Below, in pieces: positions 1-12,871 of a stretch of DNA of 64,000 nt. Origin of the DNA: Adineta vaga (Eukaryota; Animalia; Rotifera); NCBI GenBank assembly GCA_021613535.1, contig CP075497.1, positions 10,168,001 to 10,232,000 on the forward strand. The letters are read 5' to 3'. The translations under genes and the position numbers were made by a program. The notes beneath the pieces are model-generated. The model made no database searches. It was not told where the DNA came from and saw only the letters and a list, made by a program, of their open reading frames with translations. Position 1 is the first letter of the stretch. Each line of letters opens with the position of its first letter.

Positions 1-3000
1 AATTTGAATTCAATTAGTGCGAACTTACTTGTTTGCCGAATTCTGTTTGCATTAAAGTTTCTTTCGTATGTAAACGTAGCATTGTATGTTTAATGCGTCG
101 AAATAATGAACGACTCCAAGCAATAGCACCAGAATATGGAGTTTGATTTTTATTCATTGGTGGATTATTTTTATTATGTTGGAAGATATTATTGATTTCT
201 GAAATCTATAATATAGAGAAAAAAATGTAATAAAAATTTATGGATTATTTGACTTTGATCATTACTTCATTATCATATTGTCGTAAAATATCATTGAAAC
301 GTTTATTCATTTCATCTTGCATTGTTAAACGAGTATTGTTTTTCTCGAATTTTAGTAACATATCAAAGGCACTTTCTGCCGAGCTGAAAATATAGATGAA
401 TGATGAATAGTGAGGAGAATGAAAGTTTGATTTTTACCGTAAGTTTTTGAACGATTCGGAAGTGAAACTTTTAGTTTGATCATCGATTTCTTCGATTTGT
501 TGAGCGTAATTTTGACGTACCATTTTCCATTTTTCGTAATCTTCAATACGAAATGGATCGCATGGTGCCTTGTTAAGAGAAGAAAAAGAAAAAAAATTGT
601 TCATTTTGTTCAATAAGAATAATTACATGTTCGATTAATTCTAAGACTTTATGAACACGATCAAGAATTTCATTAATTTTCTGTGGTTTTCCAGTTACAG
701 ATTTCAATTCGGGTGTAAATATTTTATAAAATTCTTCTAATTCTTTGGCAATATCAATAAAATCATTACAAATATGCGCCATATGATCTGTTATTCTAAA
801 TAAACGTTTATTATCAAATTCCCATCGAGAATCGCGTCCCGATTTTTCAATTTCAGCTCGAACATCGATGTAAGCCTATAAAGAAAAGAATCAGTACATA
901 TCTTTCTCAGAAAATCAATTTACTTGTTTCCAACGTTCTAACATAGTTTTAGCTTCTGTACATTTTTCGACAATTTCATTTGGTTGATAACTAAACCAAA
1001 AAAAGACAAAGTCAAAGAATGCAATATGTGTTATGATGATTCTATTCTTACCTAAATAATGTTCGAACGTTGATACAACGTGCAACCCGATCACATAATT
1101 GATGAGCAATACGTTCCATTAAAGGTACCATACGTTCATCACGATTATAATGTCGAGAGATAATCCAAACCATACGTAAGGCACTCATCATTTTTGGAAT
1201 AGTTTCAGTTACAACACGAAATGATACACCATGAGTGACATTTTTGAAATGACGTTCAAGAGTTGAGAGAAACCTATTGAATAAAATTCATCCGCGTTGA
1301 AACTAATGAATTGCTTTATTAAAAGATTCTTACTTGACGTTATCTTTTGCTTCGAAATAATATTTTGATAAATCTGCGCGAGTATCACGAAAGGAGGATG
1401 CTGCTGCGTTTTCAGCTGTTTCAAGTTTTTCTAAGACTTTTTCGACATGTTCTTGTTTGGTTTGTTCATATAAACTACTTAATGAAATATTACGTTCACG
1501 CCACCAATCAATTTCTCCCAATGGGCCAGGTGTTTGTGCTGTCTAGAAATGAGAAAAATCAAATTTTATCTCGATTATTTCTTATTTTCTTATTTACTTT
1601 TTTCAATTCACGTTCAAGTGCTTCACGAATTTCACCATTCCATTTATATACAAGACTTTCAGCTTGTTCAATCATATCTTTATTTGATTTAACGATCTTA
1701 TTGACATCGAAATGTTGTGGTAATTCGAGACGAACTTCGCCTTGAATAAAAAATCCATTAGTTATTCTGAAAATATTAAAAATAATAATATTTACCTTCA
1801 AGTTGACGAAGTGTTAAACCAATTTGATTGAGAAATTTTTGTAATTGAATTAAAAATTCATCCCGTAACATAGTTCGTACTTCCAATTCATGTTTACGTC
1901 GCTAAATCACAAGAAAAAAACAACAAATAGAAACTACATAACAAAATTCATTGTGTAACTAACTTGTTCAGCACGCATTTGTTTCTCGTGCTCTTCACTT
2001 TGTTTTTCTGGTGATGGTTTACTTTTTTGTTCAGGTTCTTGATCAGTTTCACCTTCCTCTTCACTACTGCTTCTTGTTCTTCAGTTTGATATGTCAATAT
2101 CGGATTGTAAACCTGAAAAGTAATGATAATTATCAGACAGAATCAAAATACTTCGAATTATGAATCCATGGAGACGAAATAATACTTTATCGTGAATGAA
2201 ATCTACTCAATATTCTTACTGTGATGACTCATAATGGTCACTAAACATTTTCAAAATGTTGCGCAATTCTCATGACAAGTTCAAATCCCATTTCTCTTGA
2301 TACTTACTTTATTCAGTATATTAGCAAGTAAATACAATGTATGTCCATTCAATAATCCATAATCAAGATATTTCACCATGATCTTTTCAGCATCTTCAAT
2401 TGATGATGGTGCAGGAATTGTTCCTGGTGTGGTACGTAAAAAGTAGACACAATTTTTTTGACTTAAATTTGATGGATAACGATCACGACATAGATAAAGA
2501 ATTGTTCGAAGATATTTTACAAGTTCATTACGCTAAACAAAAGAAGCGTTTCTTTTTGCGTTTCATAATTAAAGAGAGAATGCATAAACTTACATATCGT
2601 TTTGGCTTTGGTGGTAATTCATCCATATTTTCTCCTTCGGCATTTGTTCCATCGCCTGTATGATCGTTTTTTTCTGTGGTTCCATTTTGACCTTTTGCAT
2701 GATTTGATGAAGAATCACTGTTCGAAGCATGTTGTTGATCATCAGCACCATTATTCATAGCAGCTTCTGCATTTGGATCGAAATCTGGATTAAGTGCAAG
2801 TTGTTCTTCGATCCATTCTTCTTCGGCTAGAAATACAAAGTAAAAAAGAAATATTATTTTCCTTGAAATTAATGAGAGTTTTTCGACAAATACTTATTTC
2901 TACTTGTTCTTCACGTAATTCTTCAAAAACTTCTTTATGAAAAATTAAAGCGTTTTCATCATCAATATTTGGTTTTGCTTCATTAAGAAATTTAGCAATG

Positions 3001-3119
3001 AGTAATTCATTACCACCATCATCATCTTCCACGAAATCTTCAAATGCTGGATCAGTTTCATTTATATCCAAGATGGTATAAATCGCATCTTTCAACCAAC
3101 GGAAACGTAGATCATCCAT
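1..3119 (-). CDS. DNAH10: Axonemal inner-arm dynein heavy chain, DNAH10-like; N-terminal tail exons, continues beyond the window start
   Basis: Spliced exons give MDDLRFRWLKDAIY..., GPMGEIDWWRER, MMSALRMVWIISRHYNRDERMVPLMERIA and MAHICNDFIDIAKELEEFYKIFTPELKSVTG, which match recalled DNAH10 tail segments. Introns are short GT-AG. Confidence 0.88.
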
Positions 3120-3208
3120 TGATTTTGTTTCGAGAAAAAACCTTTTAATGAATATACAATAAACAGAAACTCAATGTTTTAAGTGCGAATTCGCCATTAA
3201 CATACAAC

Positions 3209-3221
3209 GTTTCTATGTAAC
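3209..3221. promoter_or_regulatory. Candidate RFX X-box upstream of DNAH10
   Basis: GTTTCTATGTAAC is an imperfect palindrome resembling GTHNYY-AT-RRNAAC, ~90 bp upstream of the ATG of a ciliary gene. Confidence 0.4.
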
Positions 3222-3831
3222 AGACACTCTATTGGCACATGTCGCTAGTAGTTATTTTATCACTACAAGCATAAAAGATTGATGATTCAAACAACTTTTC
3301 ATCCGAACAACGTTGACTAAATATTCCAGATTTATGTAGAAAAGGATGTCAATTTATTAGTTTCTTTATGAATAGGAAAGATTTTGAGAATTAATAGATA
3401 GTACGCTGTTTACGTTGTCAAATAACAATCAATTTTGTCGTGTCGTTCGTTGAAGATAGATTATCAGAAATTCATTCATCGATAATAAAAATACAATATA
3501 TGTCTTAAAGAAAATGATTCTTAGTAATCAAAAAGCAAAAATCCCGGTCAAAAAGTGTATTGAAAGTTATTTATTTCGAAGAATTATTCGAGATTGATAC
3601 AGAATAAAGTACAGTGTTTTATATCAAGACATTGAAAAGACTTGTTCACTGTTTCTTCATAACGAATGTTGAAAATAATAAAAATTTATTATTCTCCTAA
3701 AGTAAAAATATCTTATCTATCGACAAAGTTGTCATAAACACAAGAAAATCTTTCTAACTAGCAATCATGACTTCGATATTGTTATAAATAATCTGTCTTT
3801 TTGTATTTGTCTCCTCATTTTACATCATAAA

Positions 3832-5565
3832 ATGTTTTATTCATCTATAATCATACGTAGTTTATTGATTTTGATAATCATCTATCATGCAAATTGTCTT
3901 CAATGTTATAAATGTAGTTGCGTTACCAATTCTGATGGAACAGGATGTCAAAATGATTATGATTTACAGTGTGTAATCGAATATGTTGAGAATAGTTACT
4001 GTTTAATTACTCGATCAATATCAAACAATCTAACATTCTCTCATAAACCCAATTCGGATTTGATGTTTTTAGAATCTTTACATTATTTAAGAGCTAAAGA
4101 ACAAATTGCTTATTCAGAAAGTAGTTCTACATGGCAAACACCTGTTGTCAAAGAATTCTCATACGGTTGTGATTGGAATTTATGCAATACACCTCGAATT
4201 GTTAACATTCTTCCTAACGGATTAACATTTTCAGTTAATTCGTATCTTCTAACTAATACATTAATTCCTGGAATGGATGAATCATTTACAACATGTTTAA
4301 GTTGTACAAAATGTGTTAATTCAACTGGAGGATTCACTTGTTCAACACCTACATGCAGTGGTACATGTTTCATTGATGATTTTCTAGATGATCCCATTTT
4401 GAATAATGGCGCATGTTTATTTGCATTTGAAAGTATTTGTCTTGCCGAAAAACGAACTACAGCTGTGGAAATTACTGGTACATATTATATTGATGATGAT
4501 AAAATTCAAATTACTGAAATTGATCTCTGGTGCCAAAGAACCAATTGTAATGATCCAAATCATGTTCAAATTATTCAAAAGAATGTTACTTATCTAGCAC
4601 AACTTAATGATCAACTTTATTTTCGTCCAGATGTAACAACAGTTAAACCAATGGATAATTTACTTGCTTGTTATAAATGTCATTGTGAACAAACAATTGG
4701 TAGTGATACTTGTAAAGTATTAGAATGCACGATTGAATATCAAAACGGTAGTTACTGTGAGATAGTACGTGACTTTAAAAGTTTTCCTGATATGGAATTT
4801 ATTAGTCTTGGTCATGTTGATCGTGCTTATGTACCATACAGACATTTCATTCATGCTGAAGAAGAATTGATCCTTTACAAAAATTTAACTTGGCATCCTC
4901 CATCAATTCAAATGATTAGTTATATTTGTGATTGGGATCTATGTAATGATGGTCGAATTATTGACAAATTAGCAACAAGCTTTAGATTTACTGCTGAACC
5001 ATCAGAAATTGCGGAATATCTTCAAAGTTCTGAACCACTGACAAGTTGTTTTGAATGTCAACTGTGTACTAATTCAAGTCTTGATTTTAATACTTGTAAG
5101 AACAGTACATGTTCATCGACTGGACGTTGTTTTATTGCACAATTTGTTGATCATCCTGATTACAGTGATTGTGAATATGCATTTTATGGTGAATGTGAAA
5201 ATTTTGCATCGGATTCTAGTATAATCATAACAGCGACTTATAACATTGATGAAGATATTCTAAATTTCGAAGAAGTCGATGTCTATTGTTCAAAAAATGG
5301 TTGTAATCGACCTGATACAGTTTATAGTCTAATTAATTTAATAGACGAAGATATTCAACTTGATTCATTGTTTTTTATTCGACCAATTACAAATACAACA
5401 TCACCACCCATTATTACAGAACCAACATCACCACCCATTATTACAGAACCAACATCACCATCCATTATTACAGAACCAACACCAACTTCATTTGCTCCTA
5501 CAATAACTGTTTCAAGTTTTATAATCGTGTCTGTTCTTCTTCTAATATTTTTCCATATTGATTAG
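3832..5565 (+). CDS. Intronless secreted, probably GPI-anchored cysteine-rich protein with four Ly6/uPAR (three-finger)-like domains
   Basis: 577-aa ORF with a signal peptide. Domains start LQCYKC, TTCLSC, LACYKC and TSCFEC and end CDWNLCN, CQRTNCN, CDWDLCN and CSKNGCN. A Thr/Pro stalk and hydrophobic C-terminus follow; AATAAA at 5581. Confidence 0.8.
   Translation: MFYSSIIIRSLLILIIIYHANCLQCYKCSCVTNSDGTGCQNDYDLQCVIEYVENSYCLITRSISNNLTFSHKPNSDLMFLESLHYLRAKEQIAYSESSSTWQTPVVKEFSYGCDWNLCNTPRIVNILPNGLTFSVNSYLLTNTLIPGMDESFTTCLSCTKCVNSTGGFTCSTPTCSGTCFIDDFLDDPILNNGACLFAFESICLAEKRTTAVEITGTYYIDDDKIQITEIDLWCQRTNCNDPNHVQIIQKNVTYLAQLNDQLYFRPDVTTVKPMDNLLACYKCHCEQTIGSDTCKVLECTIEYQNGSYCEIVRDFKSFPDMEFISLGHVDRAYVPYRHFIHAEEELILYKNLTWHPPSIQMISYICDWDLCNDGRIIDKLATSFRFTAEPSEIAEYLQSSEPLTSCFECQLCTNSSLDFNTCKNSTCSSTGRCFIAQFVDHPDYSDCEYAFYGECENFASDSSIIITATYNIDEDILNFEEVDVYCSKNGCNRPDTVYSLINLIDEDIQLDSLFFIRPITNTTSPPIITEPTSPPIITEPTSPSIITEPTPTSFAPTITVSSFIIVSVLLLIFFHID
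5398..5478 (+). repeat. 27-bp coding tandem repeat x3 (TSPPIITEP, mucin-like stalk)
   Basis: ACATCACCACCCATTATTACAGAACCA three times; the third copy has one substitution. Confidence 0.95.
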
Positions 5566-7801
5566 AACAGGATTTTATCCAATAAAATAAAAGATTTTCG
5601 AAAAAAAACACAATAACTCTCTTGAAAAAGATCTCTTTTCAATAAATTGATAATAACTGATAGTTATCTGCATAGAAAAATTCTTTACAATCTTTGAGAT
5701 ATCGTTATGATCAATGAAAAGACAACGATGACAAGAAAATCTTCTAGTTTAGAAGGACAGAGTTTCTTTCTAACCAATTTGTTTTTACGAAATCAAATTA
5801 CGAGAAAATTGTGTACTAGAGTAAAGAATTTCTACGAGACAACATCAAAAATTCAATATCAATCAATCTTATATTTAGTTTTCATTAAAAGGATCAAATT
5901 ACGTCTATGGTTTTTTCGAAAAAATAATTACAGATCAAGGTCATATCTATCTTTGATGTTCATAACAAAGACAATCTATTCTAGAAGTATAGAATTCAAT
6001 CAATTTAATTAACTACAACACATTTAACTATTTTACACGTTTCTATACAATGGCATATTCGAACGTCGTTCTTAACATTTCGTTTTCGAGAATTGACCAT
6101 CATTTTCAATGAAGTGCATATCTTTCTCTGTCTATTAGTATCGATGCATTAAACCATTATTTGATAATTCATATTTTTCGGTATAATAATTCAATCGTCT
6201 TCTTTTCTCTTTCGAAATAGATATTGACTAGATCATTTCTCTTTCAAATCAAAATTCCTGGTTTATTAGTCAACAACGGACGCATATATGAATAATAGAT
6301 GACATATTTAATGATTATGAATACTACTAGACATACTATTCTCATTCTTTCTATGTTGGCATTTTCTGTATTCTAAACATTGAATTCTAATGTAAAATAT
6401 TCTTTTTCTTATTGATTAATCCAAACAAATTTTTCTGCTTTTGTCTTTCTATTCAAAATATAGTTAGATATGTAACATTAACATATTAGATATTAAAATG
6501 TCGTTTTCCATTAGATTCCTTCGGGAATCGATCTGTATTAGTGACTACGGCGTAAGAAACCAAACTAATCTTTATTATTAGAAAAAAAAACGCCAACACT
6601 AGTATTCATTCCTAGGTCGATTCTCGAGTGAATCGATCAGTATACAGATGTGTTTAATTGAATCAATCTATAGACAGAGGAGAAAAAAGAGAGAGGGAGA
6701 AGAAAGCGGAACGGTTGTTGGACTTTCATTAGTTAGCAGTGAGCAAATTGAATTTCTGACATCTCTTTACTATTCTGCATCCGAAATGTCACTCATTTAT
6801 TCTCGATTTTTCTTCTTTCTAACTAGTTCCTTCTTCACAAGCTGGATTTGTTTGTTTGATTGAATTTGTGATTGAGATTTGTTTAACAGTCATTACGTCA
6901 AATACATACTACATACATATATATACTAACACACAATGCGCAGAAGAAAAAATGGAAAAGAATATTTCAATTAATTTAGTTTCTTTTTTATCCGAGTCAC
7001 GAATCCTGTACACAAGTGTACGAAGACTTTTTTTCATGGTCTTTTTCGATTCATCAGAGGATTTTTCTTTCTTTTTCCACAAAACAATCATACCCAAGCG
7101 GATGTTACTACTCAATAATAATGAGAAAAAAATGACGATAAATATCACCCATATATGCTTGTACACATATACAAATAAGTAAACTATTGTTATCTTTAGG
7201 CATTTTTACACGTCAACAAAAATGAAAATTCATTATTCAATGTGTCAAGATGTGATGCATTTTTGAAACACGTATCGAATCAGCATGATGAAAAAGGAAT
7301 ACAATAATAGTGTATGTGAAGAAGAAGAAGAAGGGAAAAAAATAGGATCGAACTTGGGAACGAGAGAAATGAATCAACGATGTAGATTTGCATTTTTCTT
7401 GCATTAATAGTTGAACTCAATGCTTCTCTTGAACGAACCACAAAAAAATACGAGAAGAATAGTATTATCAACTCTAGATTTCTCTTTTCTTTTTCTTCCT
7501 TTACTAAATAATTGAACGCATGCACACACATGCATTTCTCGAGTGGCGTAAGTTATAACAGAGTAATAGAAGTCATCGTAGATTTGTATTGCATAGAAGT
7601 GAAATTAGAATAGAGAAGCAGAAGAAGAAGAAGAAGAAGAAGAGAGAAAGAGACGTGAAAGATAGAACGAGGGCTCTCATATATATTTTTTTTCTTCGTT
7701 TATATGCGTAGATCCAAGTAGAAACAGAAGCCAAAAAGAAAGAGAAAAGAAATGTTCCGAATGATGAGTAATTACTATTGATCGTCTGTCGATACATAAC
7801 A

Positions 7802-10076
7802 ATGGGTTGTACAAGTTCAAATCAAACCGGATCAACGAAAGGTGTGACAGGTTTGTCACCAGCAACGATTACTGATGATGGTCATCAATTAGTTAATGAA
7901 CATTTCCGTAAATGGTTAAAAACAAATCGACCACAAGCAGATGAATATGTTCTAAATGATGTTTTATCTACAGCTCAACCATCGAATGAAGCGGAAGACT
8001 ATAAAACAATTGTTAGCAAAGCACTTGATTTACTTGCTGATCGGCATGATATTAAATCAACAAATAAATTGGGTAAACTTGTCCAGAAAGAAATAACATT
8101 AGCTTCGCCAAAGAAAGTGGCTCATACAATAACTGTTTTAAAGCAAACCGCTGATAAACTTCGTAGTGGAAGTATTCAATTAGAAACCGATCAACAAGTA
8201 ACGACGGGTGAAGTAAGAGACAGAAAGAAAAGCATGTTTTTCTTTCGAACGAAATAAATCGAATGATCTTTAATTTAGCTTACAAATGTAACGACAACAT
8301 CGGAGAATATGGATGTTCAAGTATTATCAGGTGAACCGGGCATTGTTTTGAAAGAAGCATTAGAAAAAGCACGTATTTTATTCTATAAGGTACAGAAAAA
8401 AAAACAGATATTAATTAAAATAAAGATAAGATTATTCAATGATATTCTTTCATTATAATTAAAAGGGTAAACAAGCTGCTATCTTTGCTAATCCACGTGG
8501 TGGCTATGATGTTCGAATTCTGGATGAAAATGATGATACAATTAATCATGATGGTAATCTTCTTCGTTCGATTGTTGTAACTGAAGTTAAATTGCGTCCA
8601 AAGATTACAACAAAAACAAGTTCAACTTTATTCTCATCTTCACCATTATCAACATGCCCACCACCCTCAAAATTACTTGACGAAAATGAAATTACTGATG
8701 ATTTTCGTCGTTCGATCGATGCTGCTCTCAAAGGACTTGAAGCTGTTTATCACACACCGCCACCGTTAACAGCAATATCTGAAAATGTTCAAGAAATACA
8801 TACGGATAAACCTGTTCAAAAGCCTTCATCACCAACACCACTATACATTCAATATGGTGTTACAAATGCACCCATACCTAAATCGATTTCTAAAGAACAA
8901 ACAGCTTTATCCAATGATCATCCACCAGCACCTGTTGATCATACTGCTCATCTTGCTGAAATCATTCGTCAAATGGCAGAACAACAAAAACTTGTTGCTG
9001 AACAGATTTCCAAAGATGATGAAGTCGTAGTAGATTTAAATCAAGATGATATGAATGAATTAATCATGGACGCAATTGAAGTTACAACGTGTAGTGAAAT
9101 GGGAAATCCTTTGCCACCAATAGAACATGCAATCGAAGAAAAGATTGATTTGATTGATGTTCATGAAGAATTAGAAGGACCTATCGAACGAATGATAAAA
9201 GAAATCAAAGAACATGGAGAAAAATTTGAATCAAAAGAAAGTTTATCCGCAATCACAACATCAACAAAACAACCATCATCCTATTCACTGGGTTTAACAT
9301 CACCATTATCTAGTGAATCAATTCCAACATCACCTCCTCATCATCATAAAGTAAAATTACGTAGTGATAATCGTCCCAAATCTTTCATCGCTAATGATGA
9401 AGTTATTACGAAAGATCGATATCATTTCATAAAACAAATGTCACTCGATGAATTAGCACATTTAACTCAAACAGGTTTATCTAATCCAAATTTAACAACA
9501 TCCATAACAAAACTTGGTATATCGACTTCATCAGGCAAAATTGAAGAAGAAGAACAAATGCCTGCCGTCACTTCTGTTGCAGCTGACATAATGCCGACTT
9601 CGATTAGTCAAATAATTGAAGAACATCGAACCATTCTTGATGAATCGGCAACAACAGCATCACCACCACCAGCTGTTGTCACTCCAGTTGAAACTCAAAC
9701 AAAAATCAAATCACCTAGTCATAATGTAACATATACGGAAATTATTCATTCCGAATCACGAGATGGTGAACAATCACGTCGTTTTATTACGGAATCCTAT
9801 GATGAAAATCCATCGAATGATGATGAACAAACAACAACATTAAAAGTAATTACAAAATCGGAATTTTCCAATCATCCAACATCAGGTGAGAAAATTATGG
9901 AACAAAGTGTTCAAGTTATAACCGTTAAAGTTCGAAATGAAACAATTAAAACAACTATTCAACAAGCATCTGTACCTCCAACAACTGATAACGAGGCATC
10001 ATATGAACGACGACCGGTTAGTGAACTTGTCAAAAATTTTGAAGTAGTCACTGGTAGTAATGGTATTAATACTTGA
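7802..10076 (+). CDS. Uncharacterised, largely disordered protein with N-terminal myristoylation/palmitoylation motif (3 exons)
   Basis: ATG at 7802 gives MGCTSS. Exons ~7802-8212, 8279-8389 and 8466-10076 join via GT-AG introns. The last exon is long, open and S/T/P/E-rich. Confidence 0.75.
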
Positions 10077-10629
10077 ACTTCTTTCTAATGTTTTCTCTTC
10101 AAACATTCTCTCTCTCTCATTTTTTTGCTTTTTGTTTGTGTGTTCATGTCTTGTGCAAACCCTTCTAGATAAAAATTATCTTGATTTAACATTTAAACAG
10201 TGCAAACATTTGTTGTTTTCTTTTTTTTCTAATATTATCTTTTGATTTTGTCTGTGAGCTTATATCTATGCCTATTATTGCTTGTTTCTTCTTTTGCTCT
10301 TAGATGTTGATGACTTGTGGACGTAGGTCAATAGAAATAGAAAATCAAAGAAGAAGAAGAAGAAAGATAAATGGATATTTTCAATAAACTTTAGCTTTGT
10401 TGAGAGATTGAATAAAAATAGACCGGATGTGTTGAAAAGAATCTCATCAATCATTCTATCAACACATCTTGCATCGATTTGTTCAATCATATTGCATGAC
10501 AACGATTACAAACAGAATATCATTGTGATTGATATCAGACTATTGATTAAACAAATACAATGCCGATTGTATTTATTTCATAGAAATCATCGCTAGAAGA
10601 TTATTATTGTCATATAAACAAAACAATAT

Positions 10630-11376
10630 TAATGAATATTTTTTTCTATCGATTGAAAAAAACGTATATTACGAAGAAATTTCGAATGATCATTGCCGTT
10701 TGTTTGATTTATACGATCGTCTATTTTCAATGATGAATCATTATTACCACTATCAAGTGATGAGGAAGTTTGACATTGACTCGGTTGTCGCATACTTGCA
10801 TAAAATTTTCGAGCTGTTTCACAATTACGATCTTGATTTGTTTGAGAAGATTTTTGACTTAAAGCTGTCTACGAAGAAAGAAAAATAATGAAACAATGAT
10901 TTTTTAGACAATGAAAAATACCTTCATTTGTTCAGATTCATCTGGTATGGTGAATATGTCATGTTCAACAGTTTCATCGATGGTATTATTTTGTTGAATT
11001 GATGCTTCTCTTTCAAAACTATTCATTTGAATATTACGAACTAACGTATATAATTTTGGTGAAATATTATGAGCAGGATTATAAGTAGGTGCCCAACTAT
11101 ATGGGGCTGTTAATGATGATTGTTTCGATCTTTTCGAACGATTTTCTAAATAAAACTTATAAGATAGAATTTGAATTTTTTTCTTTATTTACCTATGTTA
11201 TAATTATTTCCACAACAGATTGATTTTAATAAAGCTTCTATTTGTGAGCCACATTTTTTTCGTATGAAACATAATATACTGAGAACAGTAATCACGACAA
11301 GTAAAATTAAGATCCCTAACCAAAATGGATGAAGAAATTCATCTTGTTCATCCCGATATTTATTGACTATGTTCAT
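10630..11376 (-). CDS. Small single-pass membrane protein of unknown function (3 exons; 3' end approximate)
   Basis: MNIVNKY...FWLGILILLVVITVLSILCFIRKK transmembrane segment, followed by two open exons (~11145-10923 and ~10865-10630) with GT-AG introns. Confidence 0.55.
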
Positions 11377-12057
11377 GGAAGTGAATAATTAATCTAATGT
11401 CAGCTATACTTTATGATAAAAACGTTTCATCTGGAAGATCATCTGATACAAATACGATGCTATTCAAGTTTAGTTTTATTCTTTATAACATCAAACTACC
11501 TTTTTTTCTCTTCTTCTCTTGCTTTTTCTTCTATTCATGGTGGATTGAATGAAATTTTAGATAAGACAGTGAACTTTGCTATTGGCATTATTCAATCCTG
11601 AAATATCTATCATTATATAGATGAGTACTTTATTTTCTATGCATCCAAGTCTTTCATTTTCAGCCTTGAAGCAATCCTTAAGTAACAGATTAGATGATAT
11701 TATGGTAAGGCATATCGTCTCGTTTCGATTACGATCAGAAATACAAAACATTCAAATTCATTTTCTTTCTCCTCTCTTCAATTGTACAAATCATCATCGG
11801 AATGATCGATGAACAAATTCATTCATATTGAGGAAAAAAATCGTCATTCATTTGTGTATATCTTCCAAGATATTCTTGAAGAAAATATGATTCTAAGAGC
11901 AGGAAACTTATTTCGTACACACGCATGTTAGTGCTGAATGTCTATTCAACAAACATGTCTTAAACACGCAAGATTATTTTGAATTCATCAAAGATGTTCT
12001 TTCAGGAAATACGTCTGTTATTTCATGTAAATGCTGAGTATAATCATTCTTTATCAT

Positions 12058-12290
12058 CGGATGGAAGGAATGGAAAGATTTGATGATGGATGGAAGGATG
12101 GACGGACTGGAATGGAATGGACAAATGGAAGGACGGAATGGAATGGATGAAATGGACTGACCGATGGACGGATGGACCGGAATGGAATGGATGGACAGCC
12201 GGATGGATGGACGGATGGAAGATGAATGATGGACGGATGGAATGGATGGAATGGACGGACGGATGGACGGAAAGACGGACGGAACGATTC
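12058..12290 (+). repeat. Degenerate (GGAT/GGAC/GGAAT)n micro/minisatellite
   Basis: About 230 bp of purine-rich GGATGG/GGACGG/GGAATGG units, much more GC-rich than the flanks. Confidence 0.9.
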
Positions 12291-12871
12291 ATCCAATCAG
12301 CCATCATGAAAGTACATTAGCTTTTTTTTGAGGTGGTTTGTTTGCTATCAGATGAATCCTTATATACATGAACTAATGACATATCTATCAGATACTTATT
12401 AAGATTCAACAGAGTATAAAATATTCAACTTCTGATTGTGTCTACTGGCTTTTATTATTATTAATACTAATGGCATTGAAGGTTTCATTAAGCGAAAACT
12501 TTTATTTTTTTCCTAATCAAACTTGATTTCAGTTATATGAACTCAATATAGTTCCTACTTTCCGTTGAAATGTAATATGAGATTTCTCTTATTTTGTAGT
12601 ATTGAATTTGGATAATAATCAGTTACTTGTTAGATAGAATAAGATGGAAAGAAGCGAGAAATTACATCCTTTAGAAATCTGATCAACTATACATAAATAT
12701 TTGTTAATTAACATATCTAATATTGACTTTGAGACAACATGACTGAATCTATATTGACTTGTTTTGCATTTGAATTAGATGAAGTGTTTCACAGCAATTT
12801 TTTTCGTATGAAAAAAACTTTTTTTATTTTAAAGATATACTAATAAAACATGATCGTTCTCTACATGAAAG

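Noticed and set aside
2220-2240. 21-nt AG/GT-bounded microexon candidate in a long DNAH10 intron (minus strand)
   Set aside because: In the required phase 0 it begins with TGA. It could only be a poison exon, and nothing beyond the splice dinucleotides supports it.
12058-12290. Interstitial telomere or CRISPR-like array
   Set aside because: The units lack the GGG runs of TTAGGG/TGTGGG/TGAGGG-type telomeric repeats, and there is no constant repeat with unique spacers.
12044-12320. Three ORFs (W/M/D/G-rich and H/P/S-rich) over the satellite
   Set aside because: They are translation artefacts of the GGAT-type repeat.
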